NCBI GenBank assembly: GCA_964502175.1
Contig: CAZCVE010000014.1
Location: 24,969 to 88,968 of the forward strand
Reading direction: 5' to 3'
Origin: an uncultured Sandaracinaceae bacterium
GTDB lineage: Bacteria; Myxococcota_A; Polyangia; Polyangiales; Sandaracinaceae
DNA length: 64,000 bases
The position numbers were made by a program, and so were the translations under genes. Below are positions 1 through 10,113 of the stretch, piece after piece (the stretch's first letter is position 1; every line of letters begins with the position of its first letter). The notes under the pieces are model-generated. The model was not told where the DNA came from, searched no databases, and saw only the letters and a list, made by a program, of their open reading frames with translations.

Positions 1-932
1 CGAGCTCGATCGATCCGCGGCGCGAGAGGTACGTCGAGAGCGAGCGACGAAACGCCTCGGCGGACTCGAAGCGATCTTCGGTCTTGGGCTGCATCGCGCG
101 CGCGACGAGGCTCGCGAGCTCGCGCGGCACGTGCTCCGGGATCTCGGGGACCACGAGCGACTTCGCGACGAGCTCGGCGAGCGACTTGCCATCGCGCGGA
201 GGCTCGCCCGTGAGGATCTCGTAGAGCGTCGCGCCGAGCAGGTAGACGTCCGTCCGTACGCCCACCTCGGACGAGCCGCCCCACTGCTCGGGCGCCATGT
301 ACGAGGGCGTGCCCGCGAGCTCGAGCGCGTTCTTGGCGAGCGGCAGCCGCGAGGTGCCGTCGTCCTCGAGCGCGACGGCCAGGCCCCAGTCGACGACGTA
401 GACCTCGCCGAAGCTGCCGACCATCACGTTCTCGGGCTTGAGATCGCGATGCACGATCCCGCGCACGTGCGCGAAGTGGAGGGCCTGCGCGACCTCGAGC
501 AAGACGCGCAGGTTCCACTCGAGGAGATCGCTCGCGTCGAAGCGACGTCGCACCTCGTCGGCGTCGGCGAAGAGCGAGTCCCACGACGCGCCCTCGATGC
601 GCTTGAGCACGATGCGAGGCTCGCCGCGCTCGTCGATGCCGAGATCGTGCACGGGCACGATGTTCGGGTGCTCGAGCTTGCCGGTGATCCACGCCTCGCG
701 GAGGAGCTTGAGGCGCGCGCTCGGCGACTCTTGCCCTTCTTTCAGCGACTTGAGCGCGACCGCGCGCTCGAGGGAGCGCTGCTGCCCGAGCTTCACCACG
801 CCCATGCCGCCTTCGCCGAGCACGTCGTGCTCGGAGTAGCGCTCCGACACCGAGCGCCGCGCGAGCGCGCCGATCGCGTCGTTCACGAGCGTGTCGAGGT
901 CGCGCCGCTTCGGCTCGATCGTCATGCGCGGG
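1..932 (-). CDS. Ser/Thr protein kinase (N-terminal part; C-terminus runs off window start)
   Basis: Reverse-strand translation gives kinase subdomains: GEGGMGVVKLG glycine loop, AVALK, HRDLKPEN catalytic loop, DWGLA (DFG variant), GTPSYMAPEQ. Start ATG is the complement of cat at about 930-932. Absent from the ORF table because the gene has no stop inside the window. Confidence 0.8.
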
Positions 933-1201
933 TTGCGCTCGACGGTCGGATCATGGCCCTGGGACTCGATGGTCTTGGCGAGATCGTCGACGGGGGGCGC
1001 CGAGCGCACGGCGCGAGCGTACTCCAACGCGCGCGCGTGTTCTCTTTTGCGGCGGCAGCTGCGTCATGGGCCGTCCCTCAACTACGTCGGCTACTGCGAT
1101 CTGCTCTCCGCGAGCGATCCCGCGGAGCTCCTTTACCGTTCCTTACTGAAGTCTGACCCGCACGCGCTCGCGCCCTGTTGTGCTCCGTGTCATCTCCTCG
1201 A

Positions 1202-2249
1202 CGTGCGCTCGCGGGCCTCGGGTCGTTCCATCGCCGTCGCGATCTTCGCGATCGCGACGATCGTCTCCGCCCGAGCGTCGGCCGAGAGCGAGCCGCGCGG
1301 AGGCGTCGCCGATCACGTCGCCAACACGGAGATCGCGATCGAGGTCCGTGCGGGCGAGTGGGTCGCGGCCGGCACGTGTGGCCTGCCCGGCGCGCGCAAC
1401 GACTTCGACACGACGCTCCGCATGCGTGGGCCGGATGGCTCGGAGATCGCGTACAGCGACGACGCGTGCGGCGGGCTCGGCTCGCGCTTGTCGTTCCGCG
1501 CGACGCAGACAGGCACGCACCACCTCGTGCTCGGCTGCTACTCCGGCGGCTCGTGCGGAGGCCGCGTCGCGTGGCGCATCGACGACGAAGAAGTGTCGAT
1601 GCCGGAGGCAGAGTGGCAGGCGGGCGTGCAGGCGCGCGCGCTCCTCGGGCCCGACGGACAGGGCCTCGTGGCGGACGCATGGATCGCCGTGCGCATCGAC
1701 GCGCTCGGTGGCCTCACGCTGCGGCTCGACGGCGCGCCGATGGGCATCGCAGGAGGCTTGGGCGGCGGTCTGCTCGCTGGCGCCGTGCAGCTCACGGCGG
1801 GCTTCGACGCGGGCTTCGTCTCGTTCGGAATCGGCGGCGGCGTCACGACGCTCTCGCGCAGGTCCGAGGGCATCGAGCAGCGCGAGGCCGCGACGCTCGC
1901 GCTCCGCATGCGCTTCGGCGCGCCCAACCACTTCAACGCAGGCGCCGCGCTCCTCCTCGCGTTTCCGGGCGAAGACGAGCCCGACTTCAACCTCGACTTC
2001 GACGCGATGCTGCCGATCGAGTCCGTCGAGATCGTCGCGCGCGCGATCTACGGCATGTCGGGCGTGTGGCTCGGCGAGGTCGGCGTCGTGTGGTGGGCCG
2101 AGGGCGTGTCTCGCCGCGGTGTGGGCCTTGCTCTGCTCGCGGGCGGCTCGGCCGTCTCGTACCAGCCGGTCTGCCGCTTCGGCCTCGTTTGTCAGTCGAC
2201 CACCTACGCCGGGCCACACGTGGGGCTCGGGGTTCACATCAGGCCTTGA
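1202..2249 (+). CDS. secreted hypothetical protein (signal peptide; Gly-rich C-terminal half; possible pre-peptidase C-terminal-like region)
   Basis: In-frame GTG at about 1202 precedes a hydrophobic signal-like segment RSIAVAIFAIATIVSARASAE. The upstream part of the 891..2249 ORF overlaps the kinase gene in antisense and is probably not coding. DDACGGLGSRL motif; GxG-rich C-terminus. Confidence 0.45.
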
Positions 2250-2279
2250 TCACGGGGCGGTGTCGTCCGAGGAGGATCC

Positions 2280-4187
2280 ATGAATCGTTCGAACGGGCCG
2301 CGCGTCGCATGCACCATGCGACATCGACAGCACCTCAGCGCTCTTCTCACCTGTCCGTTGGTCGGGACACTGTCGGCCCTCTCGCTGTCGGCCCTGACAG
2401 TCGGGGGCTGCGGCTTCAACCGCGACGACGGCTGGCTCGCGGACGAGGTCGTGAGCCTCACCGACGCGCCGCCCGCGATCCACGGCGGCACGCTGCTCGT
2501 GCTCTCGGCCCGCGCCAGCGCGCGCCCGGCGGTGATCGTCGGCGACCCGGATCGCGATCGGGTCGTGCACGTCGAGCTCGCGAGCGGCACCACGCGCGAG
2601 CTGCGGCTCACGCGCCCGTCCGATGGCTCCCACCTCGAGCTCGGCCGCATGATCGAAGACGATTCGGGCCACGTGCACGTGGTCGCGCGTCGCGCGGGCG
2701 TGGTGATCGAGATCGATCCGAGCACGATGACGGAGCTCGCGCGTCGCGACGTGTGCGACGCACCGCGCGGCCTCGCCTACGAGGCCGAGGGTGATCGCCT
2801 GCACGTCGCGTGCGCCGACGGAACGCTCGCGACGCTCGGCCCTGCGCGCGCGATCGATCGCAGCCTCCACCTCGGCGGCGATCTGCGCGACGTGTCCCTC
2901 GTCGACGGCGCGCTGCTCGTGACGCGCTTCCGCAGCGCCGAGACGATCCGCGTGCTCGCCGACGGCACCGTCGAGAGCTCGAGCGCGATGCCGATCTCGC
3001 GACTCGTCTCGCCCGCGAGCCCCGAGCTCGAGCAGACGTACGACGCGAACACGGCGGTGCGCTTGGTTGGTCTTCCGGGGGGGGTCGGTCGACCGTCGGG
3101 CGCGTTCCTCCTTCACCAGCGCGCGCGCGTGGGCCCGGAGTCGGTCGTGCGAGCGCCCACGTCGACGTACAGCTACTCGTCGCGGCCCACGTCCGATGGC
3201 TTCGTCACGTGGCAGGACCCCTGCGACAACGCCGTCGCGCACGTCACGGTGTCCGTGCTCGCGGAAGACGGATCCGCGGTGGCGGCGGGCATGCCGGTGC
3301 GGCGCGCCGTGACGCCGGTCGACCTCGCGATCTCGAGCGGAGGCCGCGTCGCGCTCGCGCTCGCCGGCGATCCGGGCGGCCGCTACAGCGCGGGCCCGCA
3401 GGTGATCTCCGCGGTGCTCGGCGACGTGATGCGGAGCGCGCGCTACCCCACCGAGTGCCTGCCGAGCGAAGAGCACCGTCAGTATCCCGGCCAGGTCGTG
3501 TCGGTCGCGTTCAGCGCGGAGACGATGGTCGTCCAGACGCGACAGCCCTCGACGCTCGTCGTCGGTGAGGGCGACGATACGCGCGTGATCGCGCTCGGCG
3601 GCGAGACCGTGACCGACACGGGTCACGCGCTCTTCCACATGGATCTCGGCGGCACGATCGCGTGCGCCACGTGCCATCCGGGCGGCGGCGACGACGGCCA
3701 CGTGTGGACCTTCATGGCCACGGGCTCGATCCGCACGCAGTCGCTCGAGGGCGTCGTGGGCCTGCCGCCCTACCACCGCGAGGGAGACGTCCCGAGCTTC
3801 GAGGCACTCCTCCGCGGCCTCGAGGCGCAGATGGACGCACCGCCGCTCGACGACGCGCGCACCGACGCGCTCGAGCGCTGGCTCGCCGCGATGCCGACCG
3901 CGCCGCAGGGCACGTCGCGCACCCCCGCGCTCGTGGCCGAAGGCGAGGCGCTCTTCGTGCGCGAGAATTGCGCGAGCTGTCACGCAGGCGAGCTCGGCAC
4001 GGATCGACGCCTCCACGAGGTCGCGGGCCTCACGCGCATCACGGCTCCCCTCGCGGGCGTCGCAGCGCGCGCGCCGTACCTCGCCGACGGTCGCGCGCGC
4101 GACCTCGAAGACGCGCTCGTCAGCCACGAGATCGAGGTCTCGGACACCGACCGCGCCGCGCTCATCGCGTACCTCGAGTCGCGCTGA
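2280..4187 (+). CDS. di-haem c-type cytochrome lipoprotein (cytochrome-c-peroxidase-like C-terminal region fused to an N-terminal beta-propeller-like domain)
   Basis: Two CxxCH haem-binding motifs (IACATCH, ENCASCH) in the C-terminal 200 aa. N-terminal signal and lipobox LTVGGCG. 635 aa. Confidence 0.7.
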   Translation: MNRSNGPRVACTMRHRQHLSALLTCPLVGTLSALSLSALTVGGCGFNRDDGWLADEVVSLTDAPPAIHGGTLLVLSARASARPAVIVGDPDRDRVVHVELASGTTRELRLTRPSDGSHLELGRMIEDDSGHVHVVARRAGVVIEIDPSTMTELARRDVCDAPRGLAYEAEGDRLHVACADGTLATLGPARAIDRSLHLGGDLRDVSLVDGALLVTRFRSAETIRVLADGTVESSSAMPISRLVSPASPELEQTYDANTAVRLVGLPGGVGRPSGAFLLHQRARVGPESVVRAPTSTYSYSSRPTSDGFVTWQDPCDNAVAHVTVSVLAEDGSAVAAGMPVRRAVTPVDLAISSGGRVALALAGDPGGRYSAGPQVISAVLGDVMRSARYPTECLPSEEHRQYPGQVVSVAFSAETMVVQTRQPSTLVVGEGDDTRVIALGGETVTDTGHALFHMDLGGTIACATCHPGGGDDGHVWTFMATGSIRTQSLEGVVGLPPYHREGDVPSFEALLRGLEAQMDAPPLDDARTDALERWLAAMPTAPQGTSRTPALVAEGEALFVRENCASCHAGELGTDRRLHEVAGLTRITAPLAGVAARAPYLADGRARDLEDALVSHEIEVSDTDRAALIAYLESR

Positions 4188-4211
4188 CGGTCCCGCGCGC
4201 GCCCGTCGCGC

Positions 4212-5402
4212 TTGACCGCGTGCGGGCACTTCGCGAGCATCGCAGGCATGGGGTCCGCTCCGAAGACGTTCGTCGCCCGGTGCTTGCCTGTTCGCGCCGC
4301 CTCGCTCGCCTCACTCCTCGTCGCAACCACCGACGGGTGTGCGCTGACCACGGTGCCGTCGAGCGACGCAGGGCCCGTCGAGGCCGGCGCCATGCACGAC
4401 GCACCGCGAGCCGCGGATGCCGCCCTGAGCGACGCCGCGCTCATCGCCTCTGACGCGCACACCGCCTCTGACGCGATCGTGCAGCCCGTCGACACCTCGA
4501 CTGCGCCGGACGCCGACGTGCCGCCGGAGGACTTGAGACGAGGGCATTTCTCGCCGACGGATGTCTTTCTCGCCGGCACGCTGGGATCGGGCGCCTGCTA
4601 CCTCGACGCCATCGCCGATCCCAGGGCTCCGAGCGTCGCTGTGGTCGGGTTCGACTGCTACTTCGACGAAACGTCGGCGATGATCGCGCCCGACGGAACT
4701 CTCCTCTACGTCAACACGTTCGAGGATGTGCTCCGTGAGTTTCACTGCGACGACTGCCCGGGCTTCGAACCAACAGACACATACCCCAGCGACGTGCTGG
4801 CCAACGACACGATCCGTCCCACGCCGCCGTGCGATCCGGAGACTAACCGGCTGACGGCATTTCGCATCGCCCCGGACGGAGAGGTCCTCCACTCGTGCGG
4901 CGGCGTCTGGTACGACGACACCGGCGCCGAAGTTGCCCGGGTGCTCGACATCGTCGCGGTGAGCCACGGCGGCCTCGTCCTGGGTTTCGACGAGGTCCCA
5001 GGGAGGGACGCTCTGGCACTGCTCGACCGCGGCACAGGCGCGCAGACCGCGGTCGCAGGGGTTCCAGACTGCACACTCGCGGCGGTCCGCTCCGAGCCGA
5101 CTGCTGGCTTCTGGCTCGCGTTCGAGTGTGCGGGCACCGACGAACGATGGTCGATCGGCCCTGACGGGACGGCCCGGCGGGACGGAGCATTTCCCGCCTA
5201 CCCAGCCGGCTACCGCGGTAGCGGGCAAGCTGAGCTGGCAGGAGACGGTTCGCTCTGGACGTTCGCCGGCGGCCCGGGTTCCTTCGAGGATGCGATCGTC
5301 AGACGAACGATCGCAGGCGCCAGCGAGCTCATCTACACGGAAGCGATGGAGCCCGCACCTGCGGTCGAGATACACATCTCCGACCTCGTCACGGGCCCTT
5401 GA
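4212..5402 (+). CDS. hypothetical lipoprotein
   Basis: Signal peptide plus lipobox (LLVATTDGCA). Coherent ORF converging on the dynamin gene. No recognisable catalytic motif. Confidence 0.5.
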   Translation: MTACGHFASIAGMGSAPKTFVARCLPVRAASLASLLVATTDGCALTTVPSSDAGPVEAGAMHDAPRAADAALSDAALIASDAHTASDAIVQPVDTSTAPDADVPPEDLRRGHFSPTDVFLAGTLGSGACYLDAIADPRAPSVAVVGFDCYFDETSAMIAPDGTLLYVNTFEDVLREFHCDDCPGFEPTDTYPSDVLANDTIRPTPPCDPETNRLTAFRIAPDGEVLHSCGGVWYDDTGAEVARVLDIVAVSHGGLVLGFDEVPGRDALALLDRGTGAQTAVAGVPDCTLAAVRSEPTAGFWLAFECAGTDERWSIGPDGTARRDGAFPAYPAGYRGSGQAELAGDGSLWTFAGGPGSFEDAIVRRTIAGASELIYTEAMEPAPAVEIHISDLVTGP

Positions 5403-5423
5403 TCAGCCTTCGCCGTTTCTCGT

Positions 5424-7244
5424 TCAGTTGGGCGCAGCGCCCGAGCCGTTGGCCCAGAGCGACGTGCGGAGGGCACCCATCTCCTGCTCGACGATGCCGA
5501 GGCGCGAGAGCGCCATGCCCGTCTCCTCGCGCACGCGACCGACCTCGGTGTCGCCGCGCTGCTGCGCGACCTTCGCGTGGCGCACGACCTCGGCCATCGA
5601 CTGGGTGAGCTCTTCGCTCGCGTTCTTCACGAAGTCGACGAGCTTGTCGCCGAACTCGTCGATCTGCGCCTCGAACGCGCTCGCCAGATCCGCGGCGGCC
5701 TTCTCCACGGCCTGCGGTGCCTCTTCCATCGCGCGCTTCTTCAGGTCGCGATCCGCGCGCTCGCGGAACACGTAGGCGAGCACCGGCGCCGCGAGCGCCA
5801 TCGCGCCGCCGACGAAGATGTTCGACACCGCCATCACCGTGAGGCCGAACGCGCCGAGCGCGATCACGCCCACGTCGTACGCGAGCGTCGAGACCTGGAG
5901 ATCGACCTTGGGCGCACCCGGGAAGGCCTCCGCGATCTTCTCGCCCTTCGCGCGCGCCTCTTCGCTCACGAACGCGATGGCTTCCTCGGCCACGCGCTCG
6001 AGGCGCTTCGCGAGCTCGAGGCCCTGACGGTCCGCGAAGTTCCTGAAGCGCTCTTCCATGAAGTTCGGGAGGTAGCGCTTGAGGTCGTCGGCCTTGCTCG
6101 ACTCGATCTCCGCGGGCAGCGAGGCCGAGAAGCGCTTGCCGAACTCCTCGCACTCCTTGCGCACCAGCGCCTTGATGCCTGCGAGCGACTCGCGGATCTT
6201 CTGCTCGCGTCGCGCGTGAGAGTCGCGCGTGCTCGACAGATCCTGCTCGAGCGTCGCGAGGCGCCTCTCGAGCTCGTCGTGATCGAGCAAGAGCGCCTGC
6301 TTCTGCACGTCGATGCCGCGGCGCAGCGTGGTCGCCGTGCGCAGGCCCTCGTCGAGGGCGTTGTCGAGGAGCACGCGGCCGCGATCCTCTTCGAGGAACT
6401 TCACGAGGTCGCGCTCGAGCGCGCCGATGCCCGACGCCTCGCGGTCACCCGCCAAGGCCTTCTCGGCGCTCACCGCGTACACGCGCGGCTCGGCGACGAG
6501 CTTCGCGAGCTGCGTCTTGGCGTACGAGAGCGCCTGCTGCTTCTCGTCGTCGTCGAGGAGATCGATCTTGTTGATGACGAACAGCACCTTGTCGCGCGAC
6601 TGGCTGAGCAGCTTGTTCGCGAGGAACGTGCGCTCGCTCTCCTTGAGGATCTGGCCCGCGTCGAGGAGGAACAGGATCGCGTCGGCCTTGGGCACGTAGC
6701 TGTACGTGATCTCGGCGCGCGTCGAGTTGAGGTCGTTCACGCCGGGCGTGTCGACGAGCACCACGCCGCCGCCGGTCGACTCTCCTTCGCCGTTGCCCAT
6801 GTTGAGGAGCGCGCTCGGGTAGTGCACCTCGAGGTAGCGCACCGAGTCGGTCGTCGCGCTGCCGCCCACCACGTAGCTGCCCACCTCGTCGAACGGCACG
6901 ATCTTCGTCTCGCCGCTCTCCATGATCGCCTTGGCGCCGCGCACGCCGTGGACCACTTGGTGGATCACGGCCGTCGTCGGCGTGACGCCCATCGGCAGCA
7001 CGGGCGCGCCGAGCAGCGCGTTCACGAACGTGGTCTTGCCGTGGTTGAACTCGCCGAGCACCACGAGGTGGAACTTCTCTTCCTCGAGACGCGGGATGCG
7101 GTCGCCGCGGAGCTTCTTCGCCAGCGTCGCAGCGCCGGTGTCCTCGGAGAGGATCGCGACCTCCCGCAGCAGATCGAGGACCTTGCCGCGCTTGGCCTGG
7201 TAGTCCGCCGCGCCAAGGCGATGAGACTCGGGAGCTTCCGTCAT
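5424..7244 (-). CDS. bacterial dynamin-like GTPase (BDLP/DynA/LeoA-like)
   Basis: G1 P-loop GEFNHGKTT, G3 DTPGVND and G4 INKID motifs. Long helical stalk and a hydrophobic paddle segment (VIALGAFGLTVMAVSNIFVGGAMALAAPVLAYVF). True start MTEAPESH at the complement of 7242-7244; the ORF table's upstream extension to 7901 overlaps the M48 gene out of frame. ATGA overlap with the upstream M48 gene. Confidence 0.85.
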   Translation of the reverse strand: MTEAPESHRLGAADYQAKRGKVLDLLREVAILSEDTGAATLAKKLRGDRIPRLEEEKFHLVVLGEFNHGKTTFVNALLGAPVLPMGVTPTTAVIHQVVHGVRGAKAIMESGETKIVPFDEVGSYVVGGSATTDSVRYLEVHYPSALLNMGNGEGESTGGGVVLVDTPGVNDLNSTRAEITYSYVPKADAILFLLDAGQILKESERTFLANKLLSQSRDKVLFVINKIDLLDDDEKQQALSYAKTQLAKLVAEPRVYAVSAEKALAGDREASGIGALERDLVKFLEEDRGRVLLDNALDEGLRTATTLRRGIDVQKQALLLDHDELERRLATLEQDLSSTRDSHARREQKIRESLAGIKALVRKECEEFGKRFSASLPAEIESSKADDLKRYLPNFMEERFRNFADRQGLELAKRLERVAEEAIAFVSEEARAKGEKIAEAFPGAPKVDLQVSTLAYDVGVIALGAFGLTVMAVSNIFVGGAMALAAPVLAYVFRERADRDLKKRAMEEAPQAVEKAAADLASAFEAQIDEFGDKLVDFVKNASEELTQSMAEVVRHAKVAQQRGDTEVGRVREETGMALSRLGIVEQEMGALRTSLWANGSGAAPN

Positions 7245-8155
7245 GTCGAGGATCCTGCCTTTCCGTCCGTGCTGGTGCTGCCGTCCATGCTGATGATCGC
7301 GCTCGTCTTCTCGTCGACCGCCTCGATGCTCGTGCCGCCGCTCTGTCCGATCGCCGAGCGGTAGAGCTCGCTCTCCGCAAAGGCCTGGAGGGCCTTGATG
7401 CGCTTGGGCAGGTACGGGTGGCTCGAGAAGGCCTCCATGTAGCGGCCCACCGAGCTCTTCGCCTCGTCGTGCTGCGCGAGGAACTCCGTCATGTCGACCT
7501 CGTCCGAGAGGCGCTTGCTGCCCACCGCGAGCTTGATGAACGAGCGCGAGGCCGAGTCGAGATCCTGCGAGCAGAGGAGGCCCGCGCGGTCGCACGTGAT
7601 CTCCGCGCGCCGGTACCACGCGTTGAGCGCGACCACCGCGGGCAGGATCAGCGGCCCGATGAACATCTCGGCCATGCGCTGGAGGAGCACGAGCGCGGTG
7701 CTGTAGACGACGTGCTTGTTCTGGATGTGCCCCGTCTCGTGGCCGATCACGAAGAGGAGCTCCTTCTCGGAGAACGCGTCGACGAGCGCGGAGTGGAGCA
7801 CGATGAACGAGTCGTCCTCGGTGCCGAACGTGAAGGCGTTCATCACCGGGCTGTTCGCCACGTACACCTGCGGCACCGGCACCTGCAGCGTGGCCGCGCA
7901 CTGCGCGACGAGCTTGTAGAGCGAGGGGAACTGCTTCTCGGTGACCTTCACGGTCGAGCCGAGCAGCGTGCCGCGCAGGAACTCCTTGTTCATGCGCACG
8001 ACGGTGGCCGCCGCGATCTCGACGGGCCGGATCTTCGAGAACCCGCGCAGCATGGCGAGGTCGGCGGAGTACGCGTACCGCGCGTCGTCACGCCGGCCGT
8101 AGCCACCGCTCTGTTGTCGCTCGACGAACTCCCCGAAGCTGATCGTGTCGCTCAT
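7241..8155 (-). CDS. M48 family zinc metallopeptidase (HtpX-like, apparently soluble)
   Basis: HETGH (HExxH) zinc motif at LLFVIGHETGHIQNKH. Start MSDTISFGEF at the complement of 8153-8155. No obvious TM helices. Stop overlaps the dynamin start (tcat at 7241-7244 on the plus strand). Confidence 0.8.
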   Translation of the reverse strand: MSDTISFGEFVERQQSGGYGRRDDARYAYSADLAMLRGFSKIRPVEIAAATVVRMNKEFLRGTLLGSTVKVTEKQFPSLYKLVAQCAATLQVPVPQVYVANSPVMNAFTFGTEDDSFIVLHSALVDAFSEKELLFVIGHETGHIQNKHVVYSTALVLLQRMAEMFIGPLILPAVVALNAWYRRAEITCDRAGLLCSQDLDSASRSFIKLAVGSKRLSDEVDMTEFLAQHDEAKSSVGRYMEAFSSHPYLPKRIKALQAFAESELYRSAIGQSGGTSIEAVDEKTSAIISMDGSTSTDGKAGSST

Positions 8156-8341
8156 GTGGTGGCTCTCTTGGGTGGAGGCGCGCCCGGCAGACCGAGAGTA
8201 GCGCGTGCGGCTTGGAACGTACGACGAACGCAGGTCATTTCGCGCCCGGGAGGCCCGAAACGGCAAGAATGCTTCTGCGTGCGTCTGACGAGTGCGTGAA
8301 GAACCGTGTGCGGGAGCGGTCACCGTGCGGTCTTGCCGCGA

Positions 8342-8748
8342 TCAGCCTCGGGGATCGACGAGGCGCACGCCGGCCGCCCCGAAGTCGTGGGGGTTGAGCG
8401 TGGCGATCGGGATCTCGTGGACGAGCGCCGTCGTGGCGATGAGGCTGTCCTTCACAGGCATCGCGCGACCCTTGGCGCGCAGGCTCGCGATGAGCTCGGC
8501 CCACCGGAGCCCGCAGCGCGCGTCCCACGTGAGGCACGGCAACGTCGCGACCCCCGCGTCGAACCATGCCTCGAGCCGCGCGCGTCGAGCGGAGCGCCGC
8601 AAGAGCAGGATTCCGTAGCGGATCTCACCGAGGATGACGGGATCGACCACGATGTCGGCCTCGTGCGTCTCGAGCCAACGGACGACGCGCGGATCGGGGG
8701 TGGGCTTGGTGGCCTCGGACAGGACGTTCGCGTCGACGAGGATCGTCA
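8342..8748 (-). CDS. vapC: PIN-domain toxin VapC
   Basis: VTILVDANVLSE N-terminal PIN signature with acidic residues. About 135 aa. Starts (GTG) 13 nt after the vapB stop. Confidence 0.8.
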
Positions 8749-8760
8749 CGATGCTCTCGC

Positions 8761-8988
8761 TCAGAGGTCGTCGGTCGACTCGGAGTCGATGGCCACGAAG
8801 TAGCCCTTCTCCGGACACGCTCGGAGCCAGGCGACGATGCCGGCGCCGCGTCGTTCCACGCGCGTCAGCCGGTACTCGCCTCTCTCGACGCGCACGACCT
8901 CGAACTCGTCGCCCGGCACGATGCCGTCTTGTTCGCGAAGCGTCGCGGGCAGGATGACCTGCCCCTTCGTCGAGAGGGTGGTGCGCAT
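8761..8988 (-). CDS. vapB: AbrB/SpoVT-type antitoxin VapB
   Basis: 75 aa; N-terminal swapped-hairpin motif (LSTKGQVILPATLRE); immediately upstream of vapC. Confidence 0.75.
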   Translation of the reverse strand: MRTTLSTKGQVILPATLREQDGIVPGDEFEVVRVERGEYRLTRVERRGAGIVAWLRACPEKGYFVAIDSESTDDL

Positions 8989-9065
8989 GGACGTAAGATG
9001 GCGTCTTACCTACGCAGGGGCAATGCGCTCCAACGGCTCGTCACTGCGTGCTATGCGTGGCCACC

Positions 9066-10112
9066 ATGCCGGGCACGACGATCATCGGGTCGGGGCGCTT
9101 CTTTCCGGGCACCCCAGTCACGAACGACCAGCTCTCGAAGGTGATGGACACCAACGACGAGTGGATCCGTCCGCGATCGGGCATCGCGCAGCGGCACTAC
9201 GTGGCCGAAGGGCAGGGCGTGTCGGATCTCGCGGTGCCCGCCGCGCAGCTGGCGCTCGAGTCCGCGAACGTCGATCGCGCGGAGATCGACTACATCATCT
9301 TCGCGACGATGACGCCCGAGCACGTGTTCCCGGGCTCGGGCGCGCTCTTCGGCGCGAAGCTCGGCATCCCCGGCGTGCCCGCGCTCGACATCCGGCAGCA
9401 GTGCGCCGCGATGCCGTTCAGCATGCAGCTCGCGGATGGCCTGATCGGCTCGGGCGCCGCGCGCACCGTGATGATCGTGGGCGCCGAGGCGCACGCGGGC
9501 TTCATGCCGTACGCGTGGGACGTGCTGCTCGGCACGAGCGATCGCGACGTCACGCCCGAAGAGTACGAGTTCGCGACCAAGCACCGCGGCACGGCCGTGC
9601 TCTTCGGTGACGGCGCGGGCGCGCTCGTCGTGCGCAAGAGCAAGCACGAGGGACACGGCTTCCTCGGCGCGGCGAACCACTCCGATGGCCGCATCGCCGA
9701 CCAGATCTGGATCCCCGGCGGCATGTTCACCAAGCGTCACTACTGGGACGCCGTCGCCGACTCGCACCTGCCGACCATGAAGGGCAAGGACCTCTTCAAG
9801 AGCGCGGTGACGTTGCTTCCGAGGGCCGTGCGCGAGATCTGCGAGAAGGCCGGCGTGACGCTCGACCAGATCGACTGGTTCATCGCGCACCAGGCCAACG
9901 ACCGCATCAACGCGTCGGTGCGTCAGTCGCTCGGCGTGCCCGAAGAGCGCGTGCCGTCGAACATCGCCAACTACGGCAACACGTCCGCGGGCACGATCCC
10001 GATCCTCGTCGACGAGATGCGCCGCGACGGCCGCCTGAAGGAAGGCCAGCTCCTCTGCTTCCTCGCGCTCGGCGCCGGCCTCAATTGGGGCGCGGCGCTC
10101 ATGAGGCTCTGA
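9066..10112 (+). CDS. fabH: 3-oxoacyl-ACP synthase III (KAS III)
   Basis: FabH signatures throughout: active-site Cys region (DIRQQCAAMPFSMQLAD), AHQAN and NYGNTSAG motifs. ATG at 9066 (MPGTTIIGSG). Confidence 0.85.
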   Translation: MPGTTIIGSGRFFPGTPVTNDQLSKVMDTNDEWIRPRSGIAQRHYVAEGQGVSDLAVPAAQLALESANVDRAEIDYIIFATMTPEHVFPGSGALFGAKLGIPGVPALDIRQQCAAMPFSMQLADGLIGSGAARTVMIVGAEAHAGFMPYAWDVLLGTSDRDVTPEEYEFATKHRGTAVLFGDGAGALVVRKSKHEGHGFLGAANHSDGRIADQIWIPGGMFTKRHYWDAVADSHLPTMKGKDLFKSAVTLLPRAVREICEKAGVTLDQIDWFIAHQANDRINASVRQSLGVPEERVPSNIANYGNTSAGTIPILVDEMRRDGRLKEGQLLCFLALGAGLNWGAALMRL

Positions 10113-10113
10113 C

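Noticed and set aside
131-1156. 341-aa plus-strand ORF at the window start
   Set aside because: Arg/Ala/Glu-rich low-complexity translation lying antisense to a clearly recognisable Ser/Thr kinase gene on the minus strand. Typical high-GC artefact.
2250-4229. 659-aa minus-strand ORF
   Set aside because: Antisense to the di-haem cytochrome/propeller gene, whose CxxCH motifs and lipobox make the plus-strand reading real. The translation is Arg/Ala-rich nonsense.
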